From: Caulobacteraceae bacterium
Lineage (GTDB): Bacteria; Pseudomonadota; Alphaproteobacteria; Caulobacterales; Caulobacteraceae
Direction: 5' to 3'
Assembly: GCA_036272595.1 (NCBI GenBank)
Contig: DATAYM010000017.1
Location: 49,128-113,127 of the forward strand
DNA: 64,000 nucleotides
The translations under genes were made by a program, and so were the position numbers. The notes below the pieces were generated by a model. The model ran no database searches and was not told where the DNA came from. It saw nothing but the letters and a program-made list of their open reading frames with translations. Below, in pieces: positions 1 through 8,480 of this stretch (its first letter is position 1; each line of letters starts with the position of its first letter).

Positions 1-82
1 GAGCCGCCGGACGAGGCCTCGCATTGATCCCGCCCTCAGGGTCACCTATGGACACGGGCAGTAGGGGCTTTTGGACGCAAGC

Positions 83-406
83 ATGACCACCTTCGACGAC
101 CGCGAACAGGGTTACGAGCGAAAGTTCGCCGAGGACGAGGCGCTGGAATTCAAAGCCATCGCCCGCCGCAACCGGCTGCTCGGCCTGTGGGCGGGCGAGC
201 TGATGGGCCTGGAAGACAAGCACCTGCAGGACTACGCGGCCGCCATCGTCCGTTCGGAAGTCACCGCGCCGGATGAGGAAGACGTGCTGCGCCGCGTACA
301 CGGCGACCTGGTCGGGGCCGGCCTTAAGGTTACCGAGGGCCAGGTGCTCGGCAAGATGCACGAACTGCTGGCCGTCGCCCGCGGCCAACTCCAGGCCGGG
401 GCTTGA
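83..406 (+). CDS. DUF1476 family protein (ATPase inhibitor zeta-like)
   Basis: MTTFDDREQGYERKFAEDEALEFKAIARRNRLLGLWA matches the DUF1476 N-terminus; ATG at 83 preferred over TTG at 71. Confidence 0.85.
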   Translation: MTTFDDREQGYERKFAEDEALEFKAIARRNRLLGLWAGELMGLEDKHLQDYAAAIVRSEVTAPDEEDVLRRVHGDLVGAGLKVTEGQVLGKMHELLAVARGQLQAGA

Positions 407-430
407 GCGCGCCGCGCTTCTTTTAATACC

Positions 431-461
431 CGTCATGGCCCGACTTGTTCGGGCCACCCAT
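431..461 (+). repeat. REP-like palindromic repeat, copy 1
   Basis: cgtcatggcccgacttgttcgggccacccat; internal hairpin ggcccga/tcgggcc. Confidence 0.85.
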
Positions 462-480
462 AAACGCCAAGCTTGGCCTT

Positions 481-579
481 ATGGTCTCGGCCGACGCCTC
501 GATCGCCGTCTACATGATGAGCAACCGCAAACACGGCACGCTCTATGTCGGCGTGACGAGGCCGAGCCTCACCGGATAG
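481..579 (+). pseudogene. Truncated GIY-YIG nuclease N-terminal fragment
   Basis: MVSADASIAVYMMSNRKHGTLYVGVTRPSLTG*; VYMM..GTLYVGVT is the GIY-YIG signature; stops after 32 aa. Confidence 0.8.
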
Positions 580-589
580 AGTCGCGTCT

Positions 590-620
590 ATGGGTGGCCC
601 GGACAAGCCGGGCCATGACG
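590..620 (-). repeat. REP-like palindromic repeat, copy 2 (inverted relative to copy 1)
   Basis: Reverse complement cgtcatggcccggcttgtccgggccacccat; 29/31 identical to copy 1. Confidence 0.85.
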
Positions 621-634
621 GTGAGAATAGGTCC

Positions 635-1939
635 TCACGTCCCGAACGCGCGCTGGAACAGGGCGTCCAGGTTCTTGAAGTGATAGGCGAGGTCGAACAG
701 CTCCGAGAGTTCGGCGTCGCTCAGGTGCGGGCGCACGTCCGGGTCGCTCATCAGCAGTTCGGCGAAGCTCCCCTCGCCGCGCCAGACCTTCATGGCGTTG
801 CTCTGCACCGCCGCATAGGCGGTCTCGCGGGCGACGCCCTTCTGGGTCAGGGCCAGCAGCACCCGCTGGGAGTTCACCAGGCCGCCGAGCCGGTCGAGGT
901 TGCGGCGCATGTTCTCCGGGTAGACCACCAGCCGCTCGACGACGCCGGCCAGCCGGCGCAGCGCGAAATCCAGGTGCACGCAGGCGTCCGGGGCGATGCC
1001 GCGCTCGACCGACGAGTGGCTGATGTCGCGCTCGTGCCACAGCGCCACGTCCTCCAGCGCCGGGACCACCGCCGAGCGCACCAGCCGCGCCAGGCCGGTC
1101 AGGTTCTCGGTCAGGATCGGATTGCGCTTGTGCGGCATGGCCGACGAGCCCTTCTGGCCCTGGTCGAACGGCTCCTCGGCCTCCAGCACCTCGGTGCGCT
1201 GCAGGTGGCGGATCTCCACCGCCAGCCGCTCGACCGAGGAGGCGACCACGCCCAGGGCGGCGAAATAGGCGGCGTGGCGGTCGCGCGGGATCACCTGGGT
1301 CGAGATCGGCTCGATCCCTAAGCCCATCTTCGCCGCCACATGGGCTTCGACGCGCGGATCGACATTGGCGAAGGTGCCGACGGCGCCGGAGATGGCGCAG
1401 ACCGCGATCTCCTCGCGCGCGACCTCAAGCCGCCGCCTGGCGCGCTGGAACTCGACATAATGGCCGGCCAGCTTCAGGCCGAAGGTGGTCGGTTCGGCGT
1501 GCACCCCGTGGCTGCGGCCGACCGTGGGGGTGAAGCGATATTCGAAGGCGCGGGTCTTCAGCGCCGCCAGCACCAGGTCGACATCCTCGATCAGAAGGTC
1601 GGTGGCGCGGGCCAGCTGCACGGCCAGGGTGGTGTCGTTGACGTCCGACGAGGTCAGGCCCTGGTGCAGGAAGCGCGCCTCGGGCCCGACGATCTCGGTG
1701 ACGTGGGTCAGGAAGGCGATGACGTCGTGCTTCACCTCCCGCTCGATCTCGTCGATGCGGTCGGCGTCCCAGACCACGTCCCGGCCCCGCTCCCAGATCG
1801 CCTCGGCGGCCAGTTTCGGGATGGTCCCGATCTCGGCCATGGCGTCCGCCGCATGGGCCTCGATCTCGAACATGATTTTGAACTTGGCCTGCGGCGACCA
1901 GACGGCCGCGGCCTCGGGCCGGGAATAGCGAGGGATCAT
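635..1939 (-). CDS. purB: Adenylosuccinate lyase
   Basis: MIPRYSRPE start; TPTVGRSHGVHAEPTTFG and GSSAMPHKRNP fumarase/ASL signature. Confidence 0.97.
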   Translation of the reverse strand: MIPRYSRPEAAAVWSPQAKFKIMFEIEAHAADAMAEIGTIPKLAAEAIWERGRDVVWDADRIDEIEREVKHDVIAFLTHVTEIVGPEARFLHQGLTSSDVNDTTLAVQLARATDLLIEDVDLVLAALKTRAFEYRFTPTVGRSHGVHAEPTTFGLKLAGHYVEFQRARRRLEVAREEIAVCAISGAVGTFANVDPRVEAHVAAKMGLGIEPISTQVIPRDRHAAYFAALGVVASSVERLAVEIRHLQRTEVLEAEEPFDQGQKGSSAMPHKRNPILTENLTGLARLVRSAVVPALEDVALWHERDISHSSVERGIAPDACVHLDFALRRLAGVVERLVVYPENMRRNLDRLGGLVNSQRVLLALTQKGVARETAYAAVQSNAMKVWRGEGSFAELLMSDPDVRPHLSDAELSELFDLAYHFKNLDALFQRAFGT

Positions 1940-1976
1940 GGGCGCTAGATAGGCCGCCCCGGCTCGCAAGGAAAGC

Positions 1977-3380
1977 TCAGGCTTGCGCCTGCACAACGCC
2001 CGCCGCGGCCATGTCGGCGCGGATGGTGCGCGCCGCCGCGACGTAGTGCAGCGAACCCCAGACATAGGTGATCATCGTCAGGATGATGCCGTACTGGGTC
2101 GCGCGCCAAAGGGTCGCGTGGCAGACGAGCGTCATGGCGGGATGCGCCGCCAGGCCGCCCGGGCACTGGACGAGGAAGTCGCCAAGCCCGTGCATGGCGA
2201 ACAGACGCCTGCCGATGACGTCGATCAGCGCGCCGGTGATCGGCGGCCCGCCGCCGAGCGCGATGAGGTTGAGCACGAAGAACAGCAGCGCGGTGGCCGT
2301 GGCGCGCGAGCGGGGCTCAACCAGGTTGTGCAGCACGCCCCAGGTCGGGCCGAGATAGGTGTAGCCGAAGACGCCGGGCAGGATGGCGATCGCCGCCGCC
2401 ATGGTCCAGCTTGGGACCAGATAGACCGCGAGCGAGAGGGGCGCGGCGACGGCGACGCCGATCGCCGGCGTCCAGGCGTACCAGCGCCAGTCCGCCCTGC
2501 CGAGCCGGTCGGCGATCCAGCCGCCGAGGATGGTGCCCGCCCCGGTCGATATCCCGCCGATCAGGCCGAAGATCACGCCCACCTGGGCGTAGTTCAGGCC
2601 GAAGCGGCGCTGGAAATAGAGGTTGGCGAACGCGCCGATCCCGTAGCCGGCGAACGACACCAAGGTCACGCCGGCGGTCATGTGGCGGAAGGAGCGGCTG
2701 CCGAACAGGCGCCGGGCCACCGCCGGCAGCGATGGCGCCGGCGTCGCATCCACCGTGCCGGAAGGCTCGGAATAGCCGCGCGGCGGCTCCCGCACCGTCG
2801 CCTTGACCAGCACCGCCAGCAGCAGGCCCGGCAGGCCGACGACCACGAAGGCGACCCGCCAGCCGAAGCTTTGCGTCAGGAGGCCGCCGCTGATCGCCCC
2901 GATCATCGCGCCAAGCGGAATGCCGAACGAATAGATCGAGAGCGCCGTCGCCCGCTTGGCCGGCGTGTAGTAGTCGGCGATCAGCGACTGGGCCGATGGC
3001 GAGCATCCCGCCTCGCCGATGCCGACGCCGACCCTGCACAGCAGAAGCAGCAGGAAGTTGGAGGCCAGGCCGCACAGCGCGGTCATGCCCGACCAGACCG
3101 CCAGCGAGACCGAGATGATCGTCACCCGGTTGTGCCTGTCGGCCACCCGCGCCAGGGGCACCGCCAGGATGGTGTAGAGAATGGCGAAGGAGAGGCCGCC
3201 CAGCAGACCGACCTGGAAGTCGGTGATCTTCATGTCGATCTTGATCGCCTGGCTGATGGTGGCGACGATCGTGCGGTCGATGAAGTTCGACGTGTAGACC
3301 AGCATCAGGGCCACGACGACCCAGTTGGAATAGGCCTCTGAATAAAGCGGCCTGGGCGCGGGGCCGGCGGTGTCGGTCAT
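1977..3380 (-). CDS. MFS transporter, spinster family
   Basis: NFIDRTIV...LARVADRHNRVTII...GVGIGEAGCSP motifs; about 12 hydrophobic segments. Confidence 0.9.
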   Translation of the reverse strand: MTDTAGPAPRPLYSEAYSNWVVVALMLVYTSNFIDRTIVATISQAIKIDMKITDFQVGLLGGLSFAILYTILAVPLARVADRHNRVTIISVSLAVWSGMTALCGLASNFLLLLLCRVGVGIGEAGCSPSAQSLIADYYTPAKRATALSIYSFGIPLGAMIGAISGGLLTQSFGWRVAFVVVGLPGLLLAVLVKATVREPPRGYSEPSGTVDATPAPSLPAVARRLFGSRSFRHMTAGVTLVSFAGYGIGAFANLYFQRRFGLNYAQVGVIFGLIGGISTGAGTILGGWIADRLGRADWRWYAWTPAIGVAVAAPLSLAVYLVPSWTMAAAIAILPGVFGYTYLGPTWGVLHNLVEPRSRATATALLFFVLNLIALGGGPPITGALIDVIGRRLFAMHGLGDFLVQCPGGLAAHPAMTLVCHATLWRATQYGIILTMITYVWGSLHYVAAARTIRADMAAAGVVQAQA

Positions 3381-3497
3381 TCGAAACGTTCCCCAACGGC
3401 GCGGGCATACGCGCGCCAAAGCTTTTCAGCGCCTTTGCGGCGGACTAGACCGCGCTTTGGCCCGCGCGCCAAGGGGCCGCCAGAACCGGAGACGCAT

Positions 3498-4142
3498 ATG
3501 GAGATCCTGATCGGCGACAAGATCTGGTCGAGTTGGTCGCTGCGGCCATGGCTGGCCCTGAAGCGCACCGGCCAGCCGTTCACCGAGACCCTGATCGGGC
3601 TGCGCACCACCGAGACCAACGCCAAGGCCCGCGCCGCCGGCTCGCCGAACGGCCAGGTGCCGGTGCTGAAGGATGGCGACGCGACCATCTGGGATTCGCT
3701 GGCCATCTGCGAATACCTCGCCGACCGCTTCGCGGACGCCAGGCTGTGGCCGAGCGACGTGGCGAGCCGGGCGTTTGGCCGGTCGGCGGCGGCGGAGATG
3801 CACGCCGGCTTCGCCTCCCTGCGCGGCGAATGCCCGATGGACCTCGGCCTGAAGACCGAGGTCGAGCTCTCCGAGGCGACCCATATCGACATCCGCCGCA
3901 TCGTGGCGCTGTTCAACGAGCTGCGCGGCCGGTTTTCCGCCGACGGTCCGTTCCTGCTGGGCGCCTGGTCGATCGCCGACGCCTTCTATACGCCGGTCGC
4001 CACCCGCTTCCGCAGCTACGGCGTGATGCTCACCGACTACGGCGACACCGGCCCCGCCGGCGCCTACTGCGAAGCCCTGCTGGAAACCCCGGAATTCCTG
4101 GAATGGGAAGCCGATGCCCTGAAGGCGAGGCCGCAACCCTGA
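3498..4142 (+). CDS. Glutathione S-transferase family protein
   Basis: IGDKIWSSWSLRPWL, GQVPVL, WDSLAICEYLA, SIADAFYTPV. Confidence 0.9.
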   Translation: MEILIGDKIWSSWSLRPWLALKRTGQPFTETLIGLRTTETNAKARAAGSPNGQVPVLKDGDATIWDSLAICEYLADRFADARLWPSDVASRAFGRSAAAEMHAGFASLRGECPMDLGLKTEVELSEATHIDIRRIVALFNELRGRFSADGPFLLGAWSIADAFYTPVATRFRSYGVMLTDYGDTGPAGAYCEALLETPEFLEWEADALKARPQP

Positions 4143-4435
4143 CGCCGTCTCCGGTCAGCAAATCCCTGACCCCCCTCCGCCGCGTGCTCAACTCTGCCGC
4201 ATGTTCATCCGTCACAGCCCCGGCCGATCGATCCGTCCGAACAGCGCGTCTGCAGCGCGCGTTTCGGCGACGCCGGTTCGGGGGCTCTGATGGCTGGCGA
4301 TGCGGTGCGGTTGAAGTCGGTCGGCGCGGTCATGACCGCCGAACGGGCCAACCGCGCGGTCTCGACGCCCTCGATCTCGTGAGCCTGGAGGAACTCACCA
4401 GCAGCGATTGTCCAGAGGCAAGGATGGCCGGCGGC

Positions 4436-4459
4436 CACCACCACCACCACCACCACCAC
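4436..4459 (+). repeat. (CAC)8 trinucleotide tract
   Basis: Eight perfect CAC units read directly from the sequence. Confidence 0.9.
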
Positions 4460-4564
4460 AACAGACTACGCTAGCCATCCTTTCCTCTGGACAACCTCCA
4501 GCGCACACCGGCCAAGCCGGTGGCGGCCGCGCCCCCGTGTCCGTTCAGGCCAACCCACCCTCTT

Positions 4565-4595
4565 CGTCATGGCCCGACTTGGTCGGGCCACCCAT
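4565..4595 (+). repeat. REP-like palindromic repeat, copy 3
   Basis: cgtcatggcccgacttggtcgggccacccat; 30/31 identical to copy 1. Confidence 0.85.
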
Positions 4596-4723
4596 GATCA
4601 CCGCCTAGGATCAGTGTGCATCCCTGAACACAGGCAGGCCCCCTCCGACAACCGGAGCGCGTATGATGACTCGACTACCGGCCAGCGCCTGGTCTAGGGT
4701 CTCTCCGTGGGCTGGAGGGGATC

Positions 4724-5152
4724 ATGGCGACATCACGGCAGAAGCGGGAGCTGCTCGGATCAGCAGCTCCGCTGGGCGCTGCGCGGCCGAAGGCGTCTCA
4801 GCAGAAGGCGGGGCCGCTCGGCTTAACCGATCCGGTTCGCCTGGAGGGCGTGCCTCCCGAAGACGTTCAGTTCGTAGAGGCTCCGGAGTTCTACGCTTCG
4901 GGCTGCCAAGTGACGCTGGTCGGAAACGATTTCGTAATGACCCTGACACGGCCCCGCACGGCCATGGCGATGCTGAAGGGAGAGGCGATACAGGTCGGCA
5001 CGATGCTCCCTCAGGCCTACATCACGATGAGCGCCTCGGCTCTGAAAGACCTCTCAATCGTGATCGACGACGTGCTCAAGCAGTACGAGTCCGATCTGGG
5101 GCCGCTCAAAACCCCGTTCATGCGCGCACGAGCCGCGAACAACAAAAAGTGA
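4724..5152 (+). CDS. DUF3467-like hypothetical protein
   Basis: EFYASGCQVT...DFVMTLTRP...YITMSASALKDLSIVIDDVLKQYESDLGPL resembles the DUF3467 pattern. Confidence 0.6.
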   Translation: MATSRQKRELLGSAAPLGAARPKASQQKAGPLGLTDPVRLEGVPPEDVQFVEAPEFYASGCQVTLVGNDFVMTLTRPRTAMAMLKGEAIQVGTMLPQAYITMSASALKDLSIVIDDVLKQYESDLGPLKTPFMRARAANNKK

Positions 5153-5508
5153 GCGACGATAAACCGCTCCTTATCGCGCCATCGTCGCTGATCCCCCAGG
5201 TGACGATGGTCCGCATTTACGCGGAGACCCTTGACCATGTCCGCGAGCATCATGGCCTCGAAATGGGCCAGATCGCGCCTAATCTGCCTTCGCTGACGGC
5301 AGCCGTGGTGTCCGCGATCACCAACCCTACGCATATCGAAAACCCTCGGCCGGGTTCTTATGTATTCGTTGACGCAGAGTCGACCAACGCCGCCGGCGAC
5401 GCCATCAGAGCACCCACAAAGATTATCTCAGGAACATCCGCTTTATTGAAAACGTTTTACTTCGCATCAACCACTGGTGAGCGAAATATTGTTTGGAGGA
5501 GGACTTAA
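5149..5508 (+). CDS. Putative RelE/BECR-fold ribonuclease toxin (PBECR/DUF4258-like)
   Basis: GTG start overlaps upstream stop (GTGA); LDHVREHH...ITNPTHI...YVF...LLKTFY...IVWRR pattern; directly upstream of DUF2283. Confidence 0.5.
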   Translation: MSDDKPLLIAPSSLIPQVTMVRIYAETLDHVREHHGLEMGQIAPNLPSLTAAVVSAITNPTHIENPRPGSYVFVDAESTNAAGDAIRAPTKIISGTSALLKTFYFASTTGERNIVWRRT

Positions 5509-5789
5509 TGGCCAAGTCCGTTTCCTTCAACGTGGCCTATGACGCCAGAGCCGACGTGCTGTACATCAGCGCGCGCATGGAGCCTATGGCGTGTGGTACC
5601 GAGGACCCTCACGGGATCGTCTGGCGCTACGGTTCGGACGGCAAGCTGATTGGCGCAACGATCGTGGACTTCCGAGAAGTGTGGGGGGACAATGCCGCTT
5701 CCCTCGCGTTCGAGATAGCCGCGCGGTTTGACATCCCGCGCCGGCAGGCGCTGAACGTGGTCGAACATGCGCTGGAGTCCGGAACATGA
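5508..5789 (+). CDS. DUF2283 family protein (putative antitoxin)
   Basis: YDARADVLYI...GIVWRYGSDGKLIGATIVD; TAATG overlap with upstream gene. Confidence 0.8.
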   Translation: MAKSVSFNVAYDARADVLYISARMEPMACGTEDPHGIVWRYGSDGKLIGATIVDFREVWGDNAASLAFEIAARFDIPRRQALNVVEHALESGT

Positions 5790-5994
5790 GCGGTGCGCTA
5801 TCGCTGACGGAAGCGCTAAGGACCGGCCGGTTGGCCGAGTTCATCGATCAAGCGGAAGCGGCCGGCGTTGGGCCAACCACTTCCGGGAATTTCGATGAAG
5901 CGTGAAGCGGATCGCTACACCGCGCCGACTATCAGATCGAACATCCCGTTCACCATCGCGCGGTGGTTCGCGGAAAGTGAACTCGTCCAGATAG
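5786..5994 (+). pseudogene. Small IS1595-associated ORF, frameshifted
   Basis: MSGALSLTEALRTGRLAEFIDQAEAAGVGP...FDEA* at 5786-5905; basic Ser/Arg-rich tail VKRIATPRRLSDRTSRSPSRGGS continues in another frame from 5902. Confidence 0.45.
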
Positions 5995-6801
5995 CGCTGC
6001 ATGTGCTTGGCTGAGACGTGGATGTGGGTCGACTTGATCGGCCGCTTGAACAGGCCCCAGAAGCTTTCGATGTTCGCGACGTGGTGCTTGATCCCCGGTC
6101 TCGGGATCGACGCGCACCCATTCCTTGGCGTGGTGATTGACGCTGCCATGGGTGTAGTCGGCGCCGCTCAGTAAGCGATAGCCGTGGTGCTCGTCGGTCG
6201 AGGAGCGGGGCTGGACGTTTCCAGCACGATCCGGCGCAGCGTCTTCGTGGTCGTGTCCGGGGCCACTTCGGCGCGCACGATCCCGTCACGCTCTTTCAGG
6301 CCGACGATGATCGTCTTGTTGTCGCGCGGCTTGCCTTCGGTGCGCGGCATCCGGCCGCCTTGGAAATGCTCGTCAGTCTCGACGTGGCCTTTCAGGGCGA
6401 CGAACTCGTCAACGTTGGCGATCAGCTTCCTGATCTGCATGCCGATCCGATAGGCGCACTTGTAGGTGACGCCGAGCTGACGTTGCAGCTCCCTCCCGCT
6501 CACGCCATGGCGGGTCGTGACGAACAGATAGATCGCATAGAACCAGACCATCAGCGGCGTGCGGCTGTCCTCAAAGACCGTCCCGACGCAGGGATACAGG
6601 TTGTCGCCACAGTGCGCGCAGGCATAGGCGCGGCGTTGGCGAGGCGATGGAACGTGGCATCGACCACGCCGCACTTGCGGCAGGTGTGACGCAGGCCGTG
6701 GCGAACCGACATGATGAGTTCCAGGCAGGCCTCATCGGTCGGGAAGCGCTTGGGCTGGCGGAGAAGGGCTGGACGTTACTGGCTCTGGCCACTTGGGTCA
6801 T
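5915..6801 (-). pseudogene. IS1595-family (ISXO2-like) DDE transposase, about five frameshifts
   Basis: Frame-joined fragments: RFPTDEACLE, C-x2-C ribbon (CRKC, CAHC), GTVFEDSRTPL, VETDE, STDEHHGY, NIESFWGLFKR, VSAKHMQRYLDEFTFR. Confidence 0.9.
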
Positions 6802-6866
6802 GGCTTGCTCCAACAAGCCAAACACTAGGTCAGGGCCGTACCTGTGGGGGATAATCCTTGTGTGCA

Positions 6867-6913
6867 TGGATCCCCCGCATTCCGCCGCTTCGCGGCTCCA
6901 GCGGGGGATGACG
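6867..6913 (-). repeat. REP-like palindrome, second type
   Basis: Reverse complement cgtcatcccccgc...gcgggggatcca; same cgtcat head as the other REP copies. Confidence 0.7.
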
Positions 6914-6936
6914 GTTGAGAGCTCGGTCCGCCTCTC

Positions 6937-7554
6937 TTACGACGCGTAGAACTCGACGATCAGGTTCGGTTCCATCTTCACCGGATAGGGCACTTCGGCC
7001 AGTTCCGGGATGCGGATGTACTTGGCCGACAGACCCTTGCCGTCGACTTCCAGATAGTCGGGCACGTCGCGCTCCGACGACTGGATGGCTTCCAGCACCA
7101 GGGCCATGTTGCGCGAGCGTTCGCGCACCGAGACCACGTCGTTCGGCTTCACCCGATAGGAGGCGATGTTCACCCGCTTGCCGTTCACCAGCACGTGGCC
7201 GTGATTGACGAACTGGCGGGCGGCGAACACGGTCGGCACGAACTTGGCGCGATAGACCACCGCGTCCAGCCGGCTTTCCAAGAGGCCGATCAGGGTCTCG
7301 GCGGTGTTGCCGCGCTTCTTGGCCGCGGCCGCATAGGTGCCGGCGAACTGCTTTTCGGTCAGGTTGCCGTAATAGCCCTTCAGCTTCTGCTTGGCGCGCA
7401 GCTGCAGGCCGAAGTCGGAAATCTTCTGGCGGCGGCGCTGGCCGTGCTGGCCGGGACCGTAGGACCGCTGGTTGACCGGGGATTTCGGGCGACCCCAGAT
7501 GTTTTCGCCCATCCGGCGGTCGATCTTGTACTTCGCCGATTGGCGCTTGGACAT
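6937..7554 (-). CDS. rpsD: 30S ribosomal protein S4
   Basis: [26 protein letters not shown]; [14 protein letters not shown]...[14 protein letters not shown]. Confidence 0.98.
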   Translation of the reverse strand: MSKRQSAKYKIDRRMGENIWGRPKSPVNQRSYGPGQHGQRRRQKISDFGLQLRAKQKLKGYYGNLTEKQFAGTYAAAAKKRGNTAETLIGLLESRLDAVVYRAKFVPTVFAARQFVNHGHVLVNGKRVNIASYRVKPNDVVSVRERSRNMALVLEAIQSSERDVPDYLEVDGKGLSAKYIRIPELAEVPYPVKMEPNLIVEFYAS

Positions 7555-7754
7555 GCTTCGTCACTTTCTAGTTCGATGCGGTCCGGCCCCTCCTCGATGG
7601 AGCGGCGATCTCAACGGCGGCGCGCGCGTCACCCGTCATGCATTCCGCGCCATCGGGCAGGCCCGGCGGCGGGAAAGGCGGGTGTATGATCACCAACAGG
7701 CTGAAAGTCAATCTTGGCCGGGCCGCGCAAGCGAGCCGCCCGCCAGGACCCGCC

Positions 7755-8375
7755 TTACCGGTAGTGCGTCCGGTACCAGTAGCGGTGGTAGGGATAGGGC
7801 CGGTAGATCCAGCGGCCGCCGTACCAGATCCAGGGGTCGTACCAGCCGGGCGCGGCGTAGACCACCGGCCCGTAGATCGGCCCCGGATAGAAGACCGGGG
7901 CGCCGGGCCTGAGGCCATAGCCGGGCGGACAGTTGGGGTTGCTGTTGGCGCTGGCGTTGCCGATCGCGCCGCCGGCCGTGGCGCCGACGACGCCGCCGGC
8001 AAGCGCGCCGGCGCCGCCGTTGTAGCGGCCGCCGATCCCGGCCCCGAGCGCCGCTCCGAGCAGGCCGCCGATCACCACGCCGGCGGCGGTGCTGTTGGCG
8101 TGCTGGGCGACACAGTTGCGCGCCGCCCACTGTTCGGCGGCGTAGCTGTACTGCTCGTCCTGCGCCCGCGCCTGGTCGGAAGTCTCCGCCGGCTCGTCGC
8201 CGGGCTGGTAGCCGGGCGGCGGCGGCACGTTGTACTGGCCCTGGTCGTACTGGCCCTGATCCGGCGGCGGCGTTCCGTTGGGAGAGGCCGGGGGCTGGGC
8301 GCCGGCGGACTGGGCGGCCGAGATCGCCATCGCCGCGGCGCCCAGGATGAGGACTGTGGTTCGAAGACGCGCCAT
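7755..8375 (-). CDS. Secreted glycine-zipper protein with Pro/Tyr/Trp-rich C-terminus
   Basis: Signal peptide; GVVIGGLLGAALGAGIGG...GALAGGVVGATAGGAIG. Confidence 0.75.
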   Translation of the reverse strand: MARLRTTVLILGAAAMAISAAQSAGAQPPASPNGTPPPDQGQYDQGQYNVPPPPGYQPGDEPAETSDQARAQDEQYSYAAEQWAARNCVAQHANSTAAGVVIGGLLGAALGAGIGGRYNGGAGALAGGVVGATAGGAIGNASANSNPNCPPGYGLRPGAPVFYPGPIYGPVVYAAPGWYDPWIWYGGRWIYRPYPYHRYWYRTHYR

Positions 8376-8480
8376 GGGGCTGCCTCCAGATCGAGGGTAT
8401 TGACCGCTCAACGAAGCGGCAAGGTCGCGGTTCCCGCGACCCCGCTATTCGTCATGGCTGACGTGGTCGGGAGGACGGCG

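Larger units (their letters stand above)
4622..6857. mobile_element. Degraded IS1595-family element with passenger genes
   Basis: Frameshifted IS1595 transposase; candidate right IR cctgtgggggataatcc (6841-6857); convergent passenger operon; left boundary tentative. Confidence 0.55.

Noticed and set aside
4289-4345. DUF2158-like fragment (GDAVRLKS..AVMT)
   Set aside because: Match too short and does not continue in frame.
4663-5508. Single 281-aa ORF as given in the track
   Set aside because: Its first 162 codons overlap the DUF3467-like gene; the plausible gene starts at GTG 5149.
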